Shown here piece after piece: positions 1 to 10,038 of a stretch of DNA of 64,000 nt (position 1 is its first letter; each line of letters starts with the position of its first letter). The stretch covers positions 521 through 64,520 of the forward strand of contig CACPMF010000006.1 in the NCBI GenBank assembly GCA_902634935.1. The letters run 5' to 3'. The DNA is from an uncultured Pelagibacteraceae bacterium (GTDB taxonomy: Bacteria > Pseudomonadota > Alphaproteobacteria > Pelagibacterales > Pelagibacteraceae). The notes under the pieces were generated by a model. It was not told the origin of the DNA, searched no databases, and was given only the letters and a program-made list of their open reading frames with translations. The position numbers were made by a program, and so were the translations under genes.

Positions 1-285
1 GCAAGCTTAGAAAGCATATTTAAAAATGGTTATCGTTATCAAAAAGCAGGAGTAATGCTTACAGGGTTGTCAAATGCAGATGGTAAGAAGAATTTGTTCT
101 CATCTGAAAAGGATGAAAAGATTAATAGTCTAATGCGATCTATGGATAATACAAATTATAGATATGGTAGAGCAACTCTAAGTCTTGCAAGTGCTGGTGT
201 TCATAAAAAATGGAATATGAGAAGACAGTACTCTTCTAAAATAGATACTGCTGATTTTTATTCCTTGCCAAAGATAAGGATATAA
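1..285 (+). CDS. umuC: Y-family DNA polymerase V subunit UmuC, C-terminal part (truncated by window start)
   Basis: Frame is open from base 1: ASLESIFKNGYRYQKAGVMLTGL...WNMRRQYSS, matching the UmuC little-finger and C-terminal (DUF4113-type) motifs. Confidence 0.85.
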   Translation, partial: ASLESIFKNGYRYQKAGVMLTGLSNADGKKNLFSSEKDEKINSLMRSMDNTNYRYGRATLSLASAGVHKKWNMRRQYSSKIDTADFYSLPKIRI

Positions 286-328
286 ATACTAATGGCACTA
301 TCATATAAAAATTAGGGATAAATATTTT

Positions 329-1201
329 TTATTTAGCCGTATCAATATTATCAATATTCGATAGAGCCTGATCAAATTCGTCCATATTTTCTCTTAAGGC
401 TAAGCTAGAGATTGAATAGATCATAAGTAGTAACAGCAAAAGTGGCATTGAGGTTAAAATTGAGGCATTGCTCTTAATTAAAAATATGTAAACAACAATA
501 AATAAGGCAGATCGAATTAAAACTGTTCTTCTGAATACGCTAATTATTGAAAGTGAGTGTTTTATTAAATTAAAAAAACTCATTTTTGATGGTCCATAAT
601 ATCTTTCACCTCTTATTGAGGGAATTTCTATTAAATCTTTTTCAAGTTTAGTTAATGATCCAGAAAAACTGTTCCAGGTTGCTTTTTCATTGATCATTTT
701 TTCGACTGTTGATTTTGGAAGACATGTGAAATTTCCAAACTTAATTGATTTTCCAGTAAAAGTGAAAGTAATGATTTTATGTAATTCGTAACAAATTTTA
801 AATATTAATTTTTCTGTTCTCTTTACTCTTTTTCCTACTATAGGTTTGTTAGTAAATTTTTTAATTTGGTTTGTGAACTCTATTATTTCTTCAGGCCTGT
901 CTTCGCCATCACCATCCATAGGAATAATATAGTCATAGTCTTGTTTTTCGTGAATATATTTTAAACCAGCTGCAATGCATCTTGCATGTCCTCTATTCTC
1001 TTTCATATTAATAATTTTAATATTTTTTAAACTATCTATATTTTCTAGATTTATGTTTTGCTGGTTATTTGACGCATCATTAATAACTATTATTGAAAAT
1101 TCTGCTTCAAGATCTTTGATGCAAAAATTTATTTCATTAATAAGTTTAGAGACAGATTCCCAATCATTAAAAATTGGGATTAAAATATAAATTTTATTCA
1201 T
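329..1201 (-). CDS. Glycosyltransferase family 2, polyprenol-phosphate glycosyltransferase-like
   Basis: LIPIFND, IVINDAS, NRGH, MDGDGED (DxD) motifs; two C-terminal TM helices. Confidence 0.85.
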   Translation of the reverse strand: MNKIYILIPIFNDWESVSKLINEINFCIKDLEAEFSIIVINDASNNQQNINLENIDSLKNIKIINMKENRGHARCIAAGLKYIHEKQDYDYIIPMDGDGEDRPEEIIEFTNQIKKFTNKPIVGKRVKRTEKLIFKICYELHKIITFTFTGKSIKFGNFTCLPKSTVEKMINEKATWNSFSGSLTKLEKDLIEIPSIRGERYYGPSKMSFFNLIKHSLSIISVFRRTVLIRSALFIVVYIFLIKSNASILTSMPLLLLLLMIYSISSLALRENMDEFDQALSNIDNIDTAK

Positions 1202-2610
1202 CTATTTTTTACACCAATCATACAAAAACCTTGCTTTTTAATTTTACCAAAATCACCTGGACAAATTTCTTTTAAAATATCTGCATTACCTGTATAAATT
1301 ATACCGCCATCAGGATCGAGTTCATGTGTTTTCCCTTTAATTGTTTCATACCAAATAGGTCTTGTGGAAATATGATAAGATAAGTTTCCAGCATGCCATT
1401 CATCTCCAACAACATATTTAATTTCATTCACAAAGTTTTTTCCCCATCTTCTCTCTACTAATTCTGCAATTTCTTTACCTGGATAGTCAGTTCTTTTATT
1501 GTCTTTTGATAAAGAAACATATCCATACAAAGCTGGAGATAGAAAAAATAGAAATAAAAATGATATCAAAAAAGTATTTATCTTTTTAAAATTTATTTGA
1601 GCTTGAAAAATGTAAATTAACAAAACACCCCAAAATAAATAAAAAGGTGTCATCCACATTGTTCTTATTTTAGATCCCAAAATTAACGATGTAATTAACA
1701 TCAAAAAAATTGGAACTAAATTAATTGCTAGTAAAAAAATAAGCTTTTTGTCTTTAAAATTTAATTTAAATTTTACTTTTTTTACTAAAGTCCAGATTAA
1801 GACAAAAAATGGTATCAAAATTGCTACTTGCTTAAATACAAAAACAATTGGATATTTTAAATGATTTATAATACTTGCGTCTTCAACACCTGTCCTTGAT
1901 AAACCATATTTTATAGTGACATAGTCATTGTTAAATAACCAAATTAGGTGTGGAATTAGAATAATTATAAAAGCCTCAAAAGTAATCAGGTATTTGAAAT
2001 CAAATTTCTTATGTTTTTTAATAAAAATTAAATAAATAAACAGAAGGTCTATTGAAATTAACAAATATATAAAAAGGTATTTTGAAAGAAAGCCAAAACC
2101 AGCAAACAATCCAACCAAGAGGCAATCAATAAAATTTATTTTATTATTCTTGTAAATTTTCCAAGAATAATAAACAGTTAATGACCAAAAGGGTAACTGG
2201 CAAACATTTACGTTAAATTCTGGGGTGGTAAAATTGTAAAAGTAAATCGACTCTAATATTAAAATAGATAATAAACCTAAAATTTTATTATTAAATATTT
2301 CAATAGAAAATTTATAAATAATAAAAAAACTTATAATTACAAAAATTTGACTTAAAAAATAATACGCCCAATCTTGTGGACCAAACATTTGATAAAAAAA
2401 TTCAAGAAATACTGCAACTAAAGGTGGATGTTTATCAAAACCCCAATCTAAATTACTTCCCCACGCCAAATGTTCAATGGTATCTAGTGGTAGATTATGA
2501 TTTGTAAACGTTGGAACGATTGTCCAAATTATTAGATGGGATGTAATAAATATGTAAAATAAATTATTTAAATTCTTTTTATTTAAAGGCATTTTTGACA
2601 ATCTATACAA
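1198..2610 (-). CDS. GT-C fold membrane glycosyltransferase (ArnT/PMT_2/RgtA-D-like); true start may be ATG at 2592
   Basis: Many TM segments; LAWG...WGFDKHPPL loop, GFLSKY and PHLIWL motifs; ATGA overlap with the GT2 gene. Confidence 0.8.
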   Translation of the reverse strand: MYRLSKMPLNKKNLNNLFYIFITSHLIIWTIVPTFTNHNLPLDTIEHLAWGSNLDWGFDKHPPLVAVFLEFFYQMFGPQDWAYYFLSQIFVIISFFIIYKFSIEIFNNKILGLLSILILESIYFYNFTTPEFNVNVCQLPFWSLTVYYSWKIYKNNKINFIDCLLVGLFAGFGFLSKYLFIYLLISIDLLFIYLIFIKKHKKFDFKYLITFEAFIIILIPHLIWLFNNDYVTIKYGLSRTGVEDASIINHLKYPIVFVFKQVAILIPFFVLIWTLVKKVKFKLNFKDKKLIFLLAINLVPIFLMLITSLILGSKIRTMWMTPFYLFWGVLLIYIFQAQINFKKINTFLISFLFLFFLSPALYGYVSLSKDNKRTDYPGKEIAELVERRWGKNFVNEIKYVVGDEWHAGNLSYHISTRPIWYETIKGKTHELDPDGGIIYTGNADILKEICPGDFGKIKKQGFCMIGVKNR

Positions 2611-2621
2611 TTAAACGTTCC

Positions 2622-2649
2622 TTGACACCCCAATATTCATGAATATATT
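2622..2649 (+). promoter_or_regulatory. Sigma70-type promoter of dksA
   Basis: TTGACA (2622-2627), 16-nt spacer, TATATT (2644-2649); implies the dksA start is ATG 2672 rather than 2639. Confidence 0.55.
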
Positions 2650-2671
2650 CACGAAATTCAAAAAACTAAGT

Positions 2672-3088
2672 ATGGTAAAGATCTCTAAAACTTATGTTCC
2701 AAAAGAAACTGAGAAATATATGTGTGCTAAGCATTTAGCATATTTCAAATTAAAATTAAATGAATGGAAAAAAGATCTAAAAAGATCTAATAATGAGGCA
2801 ATTGCACAAGCTTCTATGGATGATAACAGTGCATCAGCAGATATTGTAGATCAAGCGAGTTCTTATACAGAAAAGAATGTAGAAATGAGATCAATTAATA
2901 GACAAATCAAACTTATAACAAAAATTGATGGAGCTCTTAAAAAAATACAAGATGGAACATATGGTTTTTGTGAGGATACAGGAGAGCCAATTGGTTTAAA
3001 AAGATTAATGGCAAGACCAGTTGCAACTTTATGTATAGCTGCACAAGAAAAGCATGAAAAAGACGAAAAAGTTTATGCTGATGATTAA
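2672..3088 (+). CDS. dksA: RNA polymerase-binding transcription factor DksA
   Basis: YM-x-x-x-HL N-terminus, DIVDQA coiled-coil tip, GTYGFCEDTGEPIGLKRLMARPVATLC. Confidence 0.93.
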   Translation: MVKISKTYVPKETEKYMCAKHLAYFKLKLNEWKKDLKRSNNEAIAQASMDDNSASADIVDQASSYTEKNVEMRSINRQIKLITKIDGALKKIQDGTYGFCEDTGEPIGLKRLMARPVATLCIAAQEKHEKDEKVYADD

Positions 3089-3714
3089 GGCTTAGGTATT
3101 TCAGAATTTTTGTCTAAAAATTTATAACCTTTAACTACTGCTGGTCGATCGGCAATACGAATGTACCAATCACAAAGATTATTATAATTTTTTATACCTA
3201 TATCATGCCATTGATGTCTTGCTATCCATGGCCAAGTTGCAATATCAGCAATTGAATAATTTTCTCCTGCAAGATAATCATTTTTTGATAAATGATTTTC
3301 TAACACTTCGTATACTTTTTTTGTCATTTCAAAATATCTCTTTTCACCAACTTCACTTAATCCTTTATTAAATTTATAAAAGAAGTGATATTGACCAATA
3401 AAAGGACCGATTGACCCCATTTGTGCCATAAGCCATTGATCAATTTTAAGTTTATTTTTTTTTTCGTAAAATTTTCCACTTTTTTCAGCAAGGTAAATTA
3501 ATATGGCGCCAGATTCGAACACACTTTCTTTATGGTTTGAATGATCAATAATGGCTGGTATTTTTGAAAAAGGACTTATTTCTTTAAAATCTTCTTTGAA
3601 TTGGTCTCCTTTAGATAAATCCATTTTTCTAACAGCATATTCAAAACCTATTTCTTCAAGCATAATGCTTATCTTTTTTCCATTAGGCGTATCAGATGAG
3701 AAGAGATCAATCAT
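3085..3714 (-). CDS. Glutathione S-transferase, YfcG/Nu-class-like
   Basis: TPNGKKI, SKIPAI, FESGAILIYLAEK, YSIADIATWPW. Confidence 0.9.
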   Translation of the reverse strand: MIDLFSSDTPNGKKISIMLEEIGFEYAVRKMDLSKGDQFKEDFKEISPFSKIPAIIDHSNHKESVFESGAILIYLAEKSGKFYEKKNKLKIDQWLMAQMGSIGPFIGQYHFFYKFNKGLSEVGEKRYFEMTKKVYEVLENHLSKNDYLAGENYSIADIATWPWIARHQWHDIGIKNYNNLCDWYIRIADRPAVVKGYKFLDKNSEIPKP

Positions 3715-4725
3715 TTTTTAGACCAAGTCTATTTTGAACTGCTTTAGAAGTTGTCGTGAATTCAAAACGTAACTTTTCATCTGGTCTAGCATATTTAAAG
3801 CATCCCCTTGCTGCTAAGGCTCCTTCATGAAAGCCAGAAAGAATTAATTTTAATTTTCCTGGATACGTACAGATATCTCCAATTGCGAATATTCCTTGTT
3901 TATTTGTTTCAAATGTCTCGGTATTTACAGGAATTGTTTTTTTATCAATATTTAAACCCCAATCTAAAATAGGCCCAAGTTGCATTATTAAACCAAAAAA
4001 ACCTAATACATAATCAGCAGATATTAATTTTGAATTTCCATCATCATCTTTAATTTCAACAGATTCTAGCTTTCCATTTCCTTTGATATCTTTTATGGAG
4101 TATTTGGTAAAAATTTCTAATTTATTATTTTTTTGTAATTCTTTAACCTTATCAACACTTGATTGAGCTCCCCTAAATTCATCTCTTCTATGAATTAAAG
4201 TAACTTTTGATGATTTTGATAATTCAATTGCCCAGTCTAAAGCGCTGTCGCCTCCACCAAATATTACAACCGATTTGTCTTTAAAAATTGTTTTATCTTT
4301 AATTGAATAAAGTACAGTTTTTCCATCAAATTTATCTGCACTTTTTGTTGGAAATTTTCTTGGCTCAAATGAACCTACTCCACCTGCAATTACAATATTT
4401 GGAGTTAAAAATTCTTTTCCATTTAACGTTTTTACTCTCCAATTCTTTTTTTCTTTTTTTATTTCTTGAACTCTGTCGCTTAAGTGAAAATTGATATTAA
4501 ATGGTTTAATTTGCTCGATTAAATTATTTGTTAGCTCTTCACCAGTACATTCTGGGATTGCGGGAATATCATAAATTGGTTTATCTGGATAAAGTTCTAT
4601 ACATTGTCCACCAATTTTATCTAAGTTATCAACTATCTCACATTTTAATCCAATGATACCTAATTGATGTGCACAAAAAAGACCTGTGGGTCCAGCTCCA
4701 ATTATTAATGCATCAGTTTTAATCA

Positions 4726-4726
<1 letters not shown>
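3707..4726 (-). CDS. Ferredoxin-NADP(+) reductase, thioredoxin-reductase-like type
   Basis: GAGPTG, GGQCIELYPDKPIYDIP, GGGDSALDW, HRR, GDICTYPGKLKLILSGFHE; no redox CxxC. Confidence 0.9.
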
Positions 4727-5103
<377 letters not shown>

Positions 5104-5126
5104 GTATTTTTTAAAGCTTTAAGCTA

Positions 5127-5897
5127 TTATTTTGCTCTAGCTCCACTTTGTGAAACTGCAGCAGACCAGATTACTAGTCCAAATGCAATTTTGTTTATGA
5201 AGTCAGCTAAGTTGTAAATCACGTTTAGTGAGTTAGCGTCAACTCCACCTACTAGATATCCAAAAACATATCCTAGTGGGTAAATTGCCCAACCTACTGT
5301 TACGATCATTCTCATAGCGCCCCATGCAGTAGCTAATGGCTTATTGCCAGACTTAGCTGCTAATTTACCAGCCTCACCTGAGAATACTTCATATAAGATG
5401 TAGATCCATCCAGCCATACCGATAATGAAACCAAGCATTGCATTGATGTAACCTGCTTCTCCCATGTATCCACCAATTAACATAACTAGTGAACCAATTA
5501 GTAATCTCCAGAAGATAGCTCCTGGGATTTTTCTTACTGCTGCTAGAATTAAGTAAAATTCTATCATCTGTAACGGTACAGTAATTAACCAGTCAATATA
5601 TCTGTACACAGTTGGTGAGTCTCCTGTCATTACCCATACTTCTCTCATGTACATGTAATGCACGAATGCTACACCAGTTACTAGTCCAGCTACAGTTACT
5701 GACGTTTTCCAGCCAGGATGCACTGTTCCTCTTTCCATGAAGAAGAATACAGTTGCAGCTGCCATACCCATTGCGATTATCCAAAAAGATATCCCAACGA
5801 AGTCATCAGATGCTAGAAGGACTGTTTCTGCGTTTGCTGCACCTGAAAAGCCTAAGAAAGCTACAGTTGCAAGAGCAAACAATTTAAGTTTTTTCAT
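5127..5897 (-). CDS. Proteorhodopsin, DTE proton pump, blue-absorbing type (Gln105)
   Basis: Signal peptide plus 7 TM; His75 (FVHYMYMR), YRYIDWLITVPLQMIEF (D97/T101/Q105/E108), retinal Lys in LADFINKIAFG; strong SD GAGGGAG. Confidence 0.98.
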   Translation of the reverse strand: MKKLKLFALATVAFLGFSGAANAETVLLASDDFVGISFWIIAMGMAAATVFFFMERGTVHPGWKTSVTVAGLVTGVAFVHYMYMREVWVMTGDSPTVYRYIDWLITVPLQMIEFYLILAAVRKIPGAIFWRLLIGSLVMLIGGYMGEAGYINAMLGFIIGMAGWIYILYEVFSGEAGKLAAKSGNKPLATAWGAMRMIVTVGWAIYPLGYVFGYLVGGVDANSLNVIYNLADFINKIAFGLVIWSAAVSQSGARAK

Positions 5898-6110
5898 AAA
5901 AAACTCCCTCTCAGTTAGTTTTTTTTTAGTTTAAATTTAAACTACGGTCCGACTCGAAAGTCTTTCCAAAGTTAGGGCTACATAGCAAATATAGGGAGTT
6001 AATAGAAGACTTTTTGACCTCTAAAAAGTATTGATTTTACTAACTTTTTAAAATTAAATACAACCGAACGCGTAAAATATCAATAAAATGACACATCTAA
6101 ACAAATCACA

Positions 6111-8006
6111 GTGAAAAAAGATTTAAGTGCAATTTACAATCAATCTATAGAAAATCCTGAGGAATTTTGGGGTGAAGTCGCAAAAGATGTATTTTGGTTC
6201 AAAAAACCAACAAAAATTTTGAACAATTCCAAGCCTCCTTTCTATAAATGGTTTGAGGATGGAACAACAAATACTTGCTACAATGCACTTGATCTTCATA
6301 TTGATAATGGAAAGGGAGATAAGACAGCATTAATTTATGATAGCCCAATAACTGGCAACAAAGCAAAGTTCACCTATAACCAACTTAAGGACAAAGTATC
6401 AAAATTTGCAGGCGCCCTTGATAATCAAGGAGTTAAAAAAGGAGACAGAGTTATAATTTACATGCCAATGATACCTGAGGCTGTAATTGCTATGCTGGCT
6501 TGTGGAAGAATTGGTGCTATTCATTCAGTTGTTTTTGGTGGATTTGCCTCAAACGAGCTTGCTAGTAGGATTGATGATAGTCAGGCAAATTTATTAATTA
6601 CTGCATCGTGTGGTTTTGAACCTGGAAGAACTGTAGAGTACAGACCATTAGTTGATGAAGCTTTAAAATTAGCAAAACATAAAATTAAAAAGCTAATTTT
6701 ATTTCAAAGAAAAGATCATGAAGTAAAACTTAACGCTCCTTTAGAGATTAGTTGGGATGAGGCGTTATCAAATGCAAAAGATATAGATTGTGTTGAAATG
6801 GGCGCGAATGAGTATGCTTACATTTTATATACATCTGGCACAACTGGTGTCCCAAAGGGAATAGTTAGAGATATTGGCGGGCACATCGTTGCTTTAAAAT
6901 GGACAATGAAAAATATTTATAACGTCAATGAAGATGATGTTTGGTGGTCAGCAAGTGATATTGGTTGGATTGTTGGTCACTCATATATTGTGTATGCTCC
7001 GCTTTTCAAAGGATGTACCACTGTATTGTTTGAAGGTAAACCCGTTGGCACTCCTGATGCAGGTGTTTTTTGGAGAGTAATATCTGAGCACAAAATTAAA
7101 TCTTTATTTACTGCTCCAACGGCATTTAGAGCGATTAAAAAAGAGGATCCAGATGGAAAATTTTTTTCGAAATATGATTTAAGCTCTTTTGAGTCGCTTT
7201 TCCTAGCAGGAGAAAGAGCAGATCCAGATACAATTAAATGGGCGGAGAATTTATTAAATGTTCCTGTAATTGATCATTGGTGGCAAACTGAAACTAGTTG
7301 GGCAATTAGTTCAAATTGTACAGGAATTGAAATGCAAAAAACTAAATATGGTTCAGCTTGTAAAGCGGTACCTGGATATGATGTAAAAATTATAAAACCT
7401 GATCAGACAATTGCAAAACCAAATGAAATGGGAGATATTGTAGTTAAACTTCCACTTCCTCCAGGAACTTTTCCAACTTTATGGAATGCTGATAAAAGAT
7501 ATGAAGAAAATTATATGAGTAATTATAAAGGCTACTATCAAACTTATGATGCTGGTCACATTGATGATGATGGATATATTTGGATAATGTCTAGGACTGA
7601 TGACATTATTAATGTTGCAGGACATAGACTATCAACAGGTGCAATAGAGGAAGTTTTATCTGAACATCAATCTGTTGCTGAATGTGCAGTGATAGGAATT
7701 AAAGATCAGCTGAAAGGCCAATTACCAGTAGGATTAATTGCTTTGAAAGCGGGGGTTACAAAAGATAATGAAACAATTTCAAAAGAGTGTGTTCAATTGG
7801 TTAGAGATAAAGTTGGTCCAGTTGCTGCATTTAAAATTGCTATAGTTGTAAAAAGATTGCCAAAAACAAGGTCTGGCAAGGTTTTAAGAGGCACAATGAG
7901 AAAAATTGCCGATAAAGAAGATTATAAAATGCCAGCAACTATTGATGATCCTGCAATTCTTGATGAAATTAAAGAAAGTTTAATAGAAAATAAAATTTTG
8001 AATTAG
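6111..8006 (+). CDS. prpE: Propionate/acrylate-CoA ligase (acetyl-CoA synthetase family)
   Basis: NTCYNALD, YILYTSGTTGVPKG, DHWWQTET, LPKTRSGK. Confidence 0.82.
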   Translation: MKKDLSAIYNQSIENPEEFWGEVAKDVFWFKKPTKILNNSKPPFYKWFEDGTTNTCYNALDLHIDNGKGDKTALIYDSPITGNKAKFTYNQLKDKVSKFAGALDNQGVKKGDRVIIYMPMIPEAVIAMLACGRIGAIHSVVFGGFASNELASRIDDSQANLLITASCGFEPGRTVEYRPLVDEALKLAKHKIKKLILFQRKDHEVKLNAPLEISWDEALSNAKDIDCVEMGANEYAYILYTSGTTGVPKGIVRDIGGHIVALKWTMKNIYNVNEDDVWWSASDIGWIVGHSYIVYAPLFKGCTTVLFEGKPVGTPDAGVFWRVISEHKIKSLFTAPTAFRAIKKEDPDGKFFSKYDLSSFESLFLAGERADPDTIKWAENLLNVPVIDHWWQTETSWAISSNCTGIEMQKTKYGSACKAVPGYDVKIIKPDQTIAKPNEMGDIVVKLPLPPGTFPTLWNADKRYEENYMSNYKGYYQTYDAGHIDDDGYIWIMSRTDDIINVAGHRLSTGAIEEVLSEHQSVAECAVIGIKDQLKGQLPVGLIALKAGVTKDNETISKECVQLVRDKVGPVAAFKIAIVVKRLPKTRSGKVLRGTMRKIADKEDYKMPATIDDPAILDEIKESLIENKILN

Positions 8007-8338
8007 TGATCAAAACGTATCTTTTTTTGGTGGGAGCTATTATTTGTGAAGTCTGTGGAACAATGTTGCTTCCTGTTACTCAAAACTTTACCAAGATAAC
8101 TCCAACAATCTTTTTAGCAATTTTTTACTTGTCAGCTTTTTATTTGCTTACTTTTGTTATGGATAAATTGCCAATTGCAATAGTTTATGGGACATGGAGC
8201 GGTTTGGGAATTTTTACAATTGCAGTATTAGGATATATTTTTTTTAAACAAACATTAAGTTGGCAGGCTTTATTTGGTATGTTTCTAATCGTTATAGGTG
8301 TTACACTTGTAAATGTATACTCCAATAAAACAATTTAG
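8006..8338 (+). CDS. SMR (EmrE/Qac-like) small multidrug transporter
   Basis: 110 aa, 4 TM, membrane Glu in AIICEVCGT, YGTWSGLG. Confidence 0.88.
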   Translation: MIKTYLFLVGAIICEVCGTMLLPVTQNFTKITPTIFLAIFYLSAFYLLTFVMDKLPIAIVYGTWSGLGIFTIAVLGYIFFKQTLSWQALFGMFLIVIGVTLVNVYSNKTI

Positions 8339-8427
8339 TTTATAACATTATTTAAAAAAAATTTATTTTTGTATTGGGTTTTCTTAAAACTGATAAAGAT
8401 TAACTTTTAACTTAATATATCACAAAT

Positions 8428-8688
8428 TTAATCATGTATCGTAAATATTTTTGATTTTAGATAATCTTCAAACTCCTCTTTAGTCATTTCATCTGATCCT
8501 ATTCCAAAAACTCCAGTATCATCAAATTTTTTAGCTTTTTTAAAAACTTTTTCTTTTGAAATCATGCCCTCCTTTATTAAAAAAATTTGATTATCAATGA
8601 CTGATCTTTGTTTATCACTCACTCCAGCTATAGAAAAAATTATTAAAAAAATTAGAAAAATTATTTTAATTACTGATTTCACTTTCAC
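8428..8688 (-). CDS. Hypothetical small protein with N-terminal TM/signal segment
   Basis: 86-aa ORF, GTGA overlap with the pyrC stop, hydrophobic N-terminus. Confidence 0.55.
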   Translation of the reverse strand: MKVKSVIKIIFLIFLIIFSIAGVSDKQRSVIDNQIFLIKEGMISKEKVFKKAKKFDDTGVFGIGSDEMTKEEFEDYLKSKIFTIHD

Positions 8689-9995
8689 TCAAACTTCAAA
8701 GGGACTCCCTCTGGATCACCAATTATTTTACCATTTTCCATCTTAATTTTTCCATTCACGATAGTTGCTACTGGTGTACCTTTAAATTTGTCTCCATTAA
8801 ATGGCGACCATTTACATTTACTCTCAATCCTCTCATTTTGTATTTCAATTATTTTATTCATATCAACAATAGTAAAATCTGCATCGTAATCCTTTTTAAT
8901 ATATCCTTTATTTTGGATTCCAAAAATTTTAACTGGATTTTCACATAAAAAATTTATTAACTGGCTTAGAGATAATTTTCTGTCATTCACATGATTTAAC
9001 ATCACGGGTAGTAAAGTTTGGACGCCTGGCATTCCTGATGGTGAATTTGGATATTCTTTATCTTTATTTTCTTTTAGATGCGGAGCGTGGTCAGATCCAA
9101 TCGTATCATTAAAATTATTTCTAACGCCATACCATAATCTGTCATAATGTGACTTATCTCTTAAAGGGGGATTCATTTGAGCATAGGTTCCAAGTTTTTC
9201 ATAACAGTCCGGAGCATATAAAGTTAAATGTTGAGGTGTAATTTCAAATGTAACATTTCCTTTGTGTTGAGATAAAAAATCTACTTCCTCCTTAGTTGTT
9301 ATATGAAGAATGTGTGCTTTTTTGTTATATTTTTCAGCGATTCTTACAATTCTTCTTGTTGACGATAATGCACATTCCACACTTCTCCAAACCGGATGCG
9401 TGTGAACATCTCCGTTTTTAATAAGTTTTTTATTTGTATTTAATATTGCTTCATCCTCAGAATGAACTGCAACAACTTTAGAACTATTTTGAAAAACCTT
9501 GTCAATATCATCTTCTTCAGCAACTAATAAATTTCCAGTTGAAGATCCTGCAAATAATTTTATTCCACAGCATCCCTCTAATGTTTTTAAACTTGCTAAA
9601 TCATCAGCATTATCAGCTGTTGCACCAAAATAAAAAGCATAGTTGCAGTACATTCTATTTTTTGCAAGATCTAATTTTTTCTGAAATTCTTTTTTATTTG
9701 AAGTTGGAGGGTTTGTATTTGGCATTTCAAATACACCAGTAATACCTCCTACAATTGCTGCTCTACTACCTGAATGAAGATCTTCTGTATCTATAGATCC
9801 TGGCTCTCTAAAATGCACTTGGGTATCTAAACAACCAGGTAAAACAACTAAATTGTTTGCATCATAAATGTCCTTACTTTTTTCATTTTCAAGATTTCCG
9901 ATCTGAGAAATTTTGCTGTTTGATATACCAATATCTGTTTTAGTTAGATTTCCATCAATATAGCAGGACCCATTTTTTATTATTAAATCTAACAT
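8685..9995 (-). CDS. pyrC: Dihydroorotase (amidohydrolase superfamily)
   Basis: DTQVHFREPG, EMPNTNPP, MNPPLR, GSDHAPH. Confidence 0.88.
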   Translation of the reverse strand: MLDLIIKNGSCYIDGNLTKTDIGISNSKISQIGNLENEKSKDIYDANNLVVLPGCLDTQVHFREPGSIDTEDLHSGSRAAIVGGITGVFEMPNTNPPTSNKKEFQKKLDLAKNRMYCNYAFYFGATADNADDLASLKTLEGCCGIKLFAGSSTGNLLVAEEDDIDKVFQNSSKVVAVHSEDEAILNTNKKLIKNGDVHTHPVWRSVECALSSTRRIVRIAEKYNKKAHILHITTKEEVDFLSQHKGNVTFEITPQHLTLYAPDCYEKLGTYAQMNPPLRDKSHYDRLWYGVRNNFNDTIGSDHAPHLKENKDKEYPNSPSGMPGVQTLLPVMLNHVNDRKLSLSQLINFLCENPVKIFGIQNKGYIKKDYDADFTIVDMNKIIEIQNERIESKCKWSPFNGDKFKGTPVATIVNGKIKMENGKIIGDPEGVPLKFE

Positions 9996-10038
9996 TTTTT
10001 AAAAAAGTTATTATATTAATATATTAGATCAATCAATT

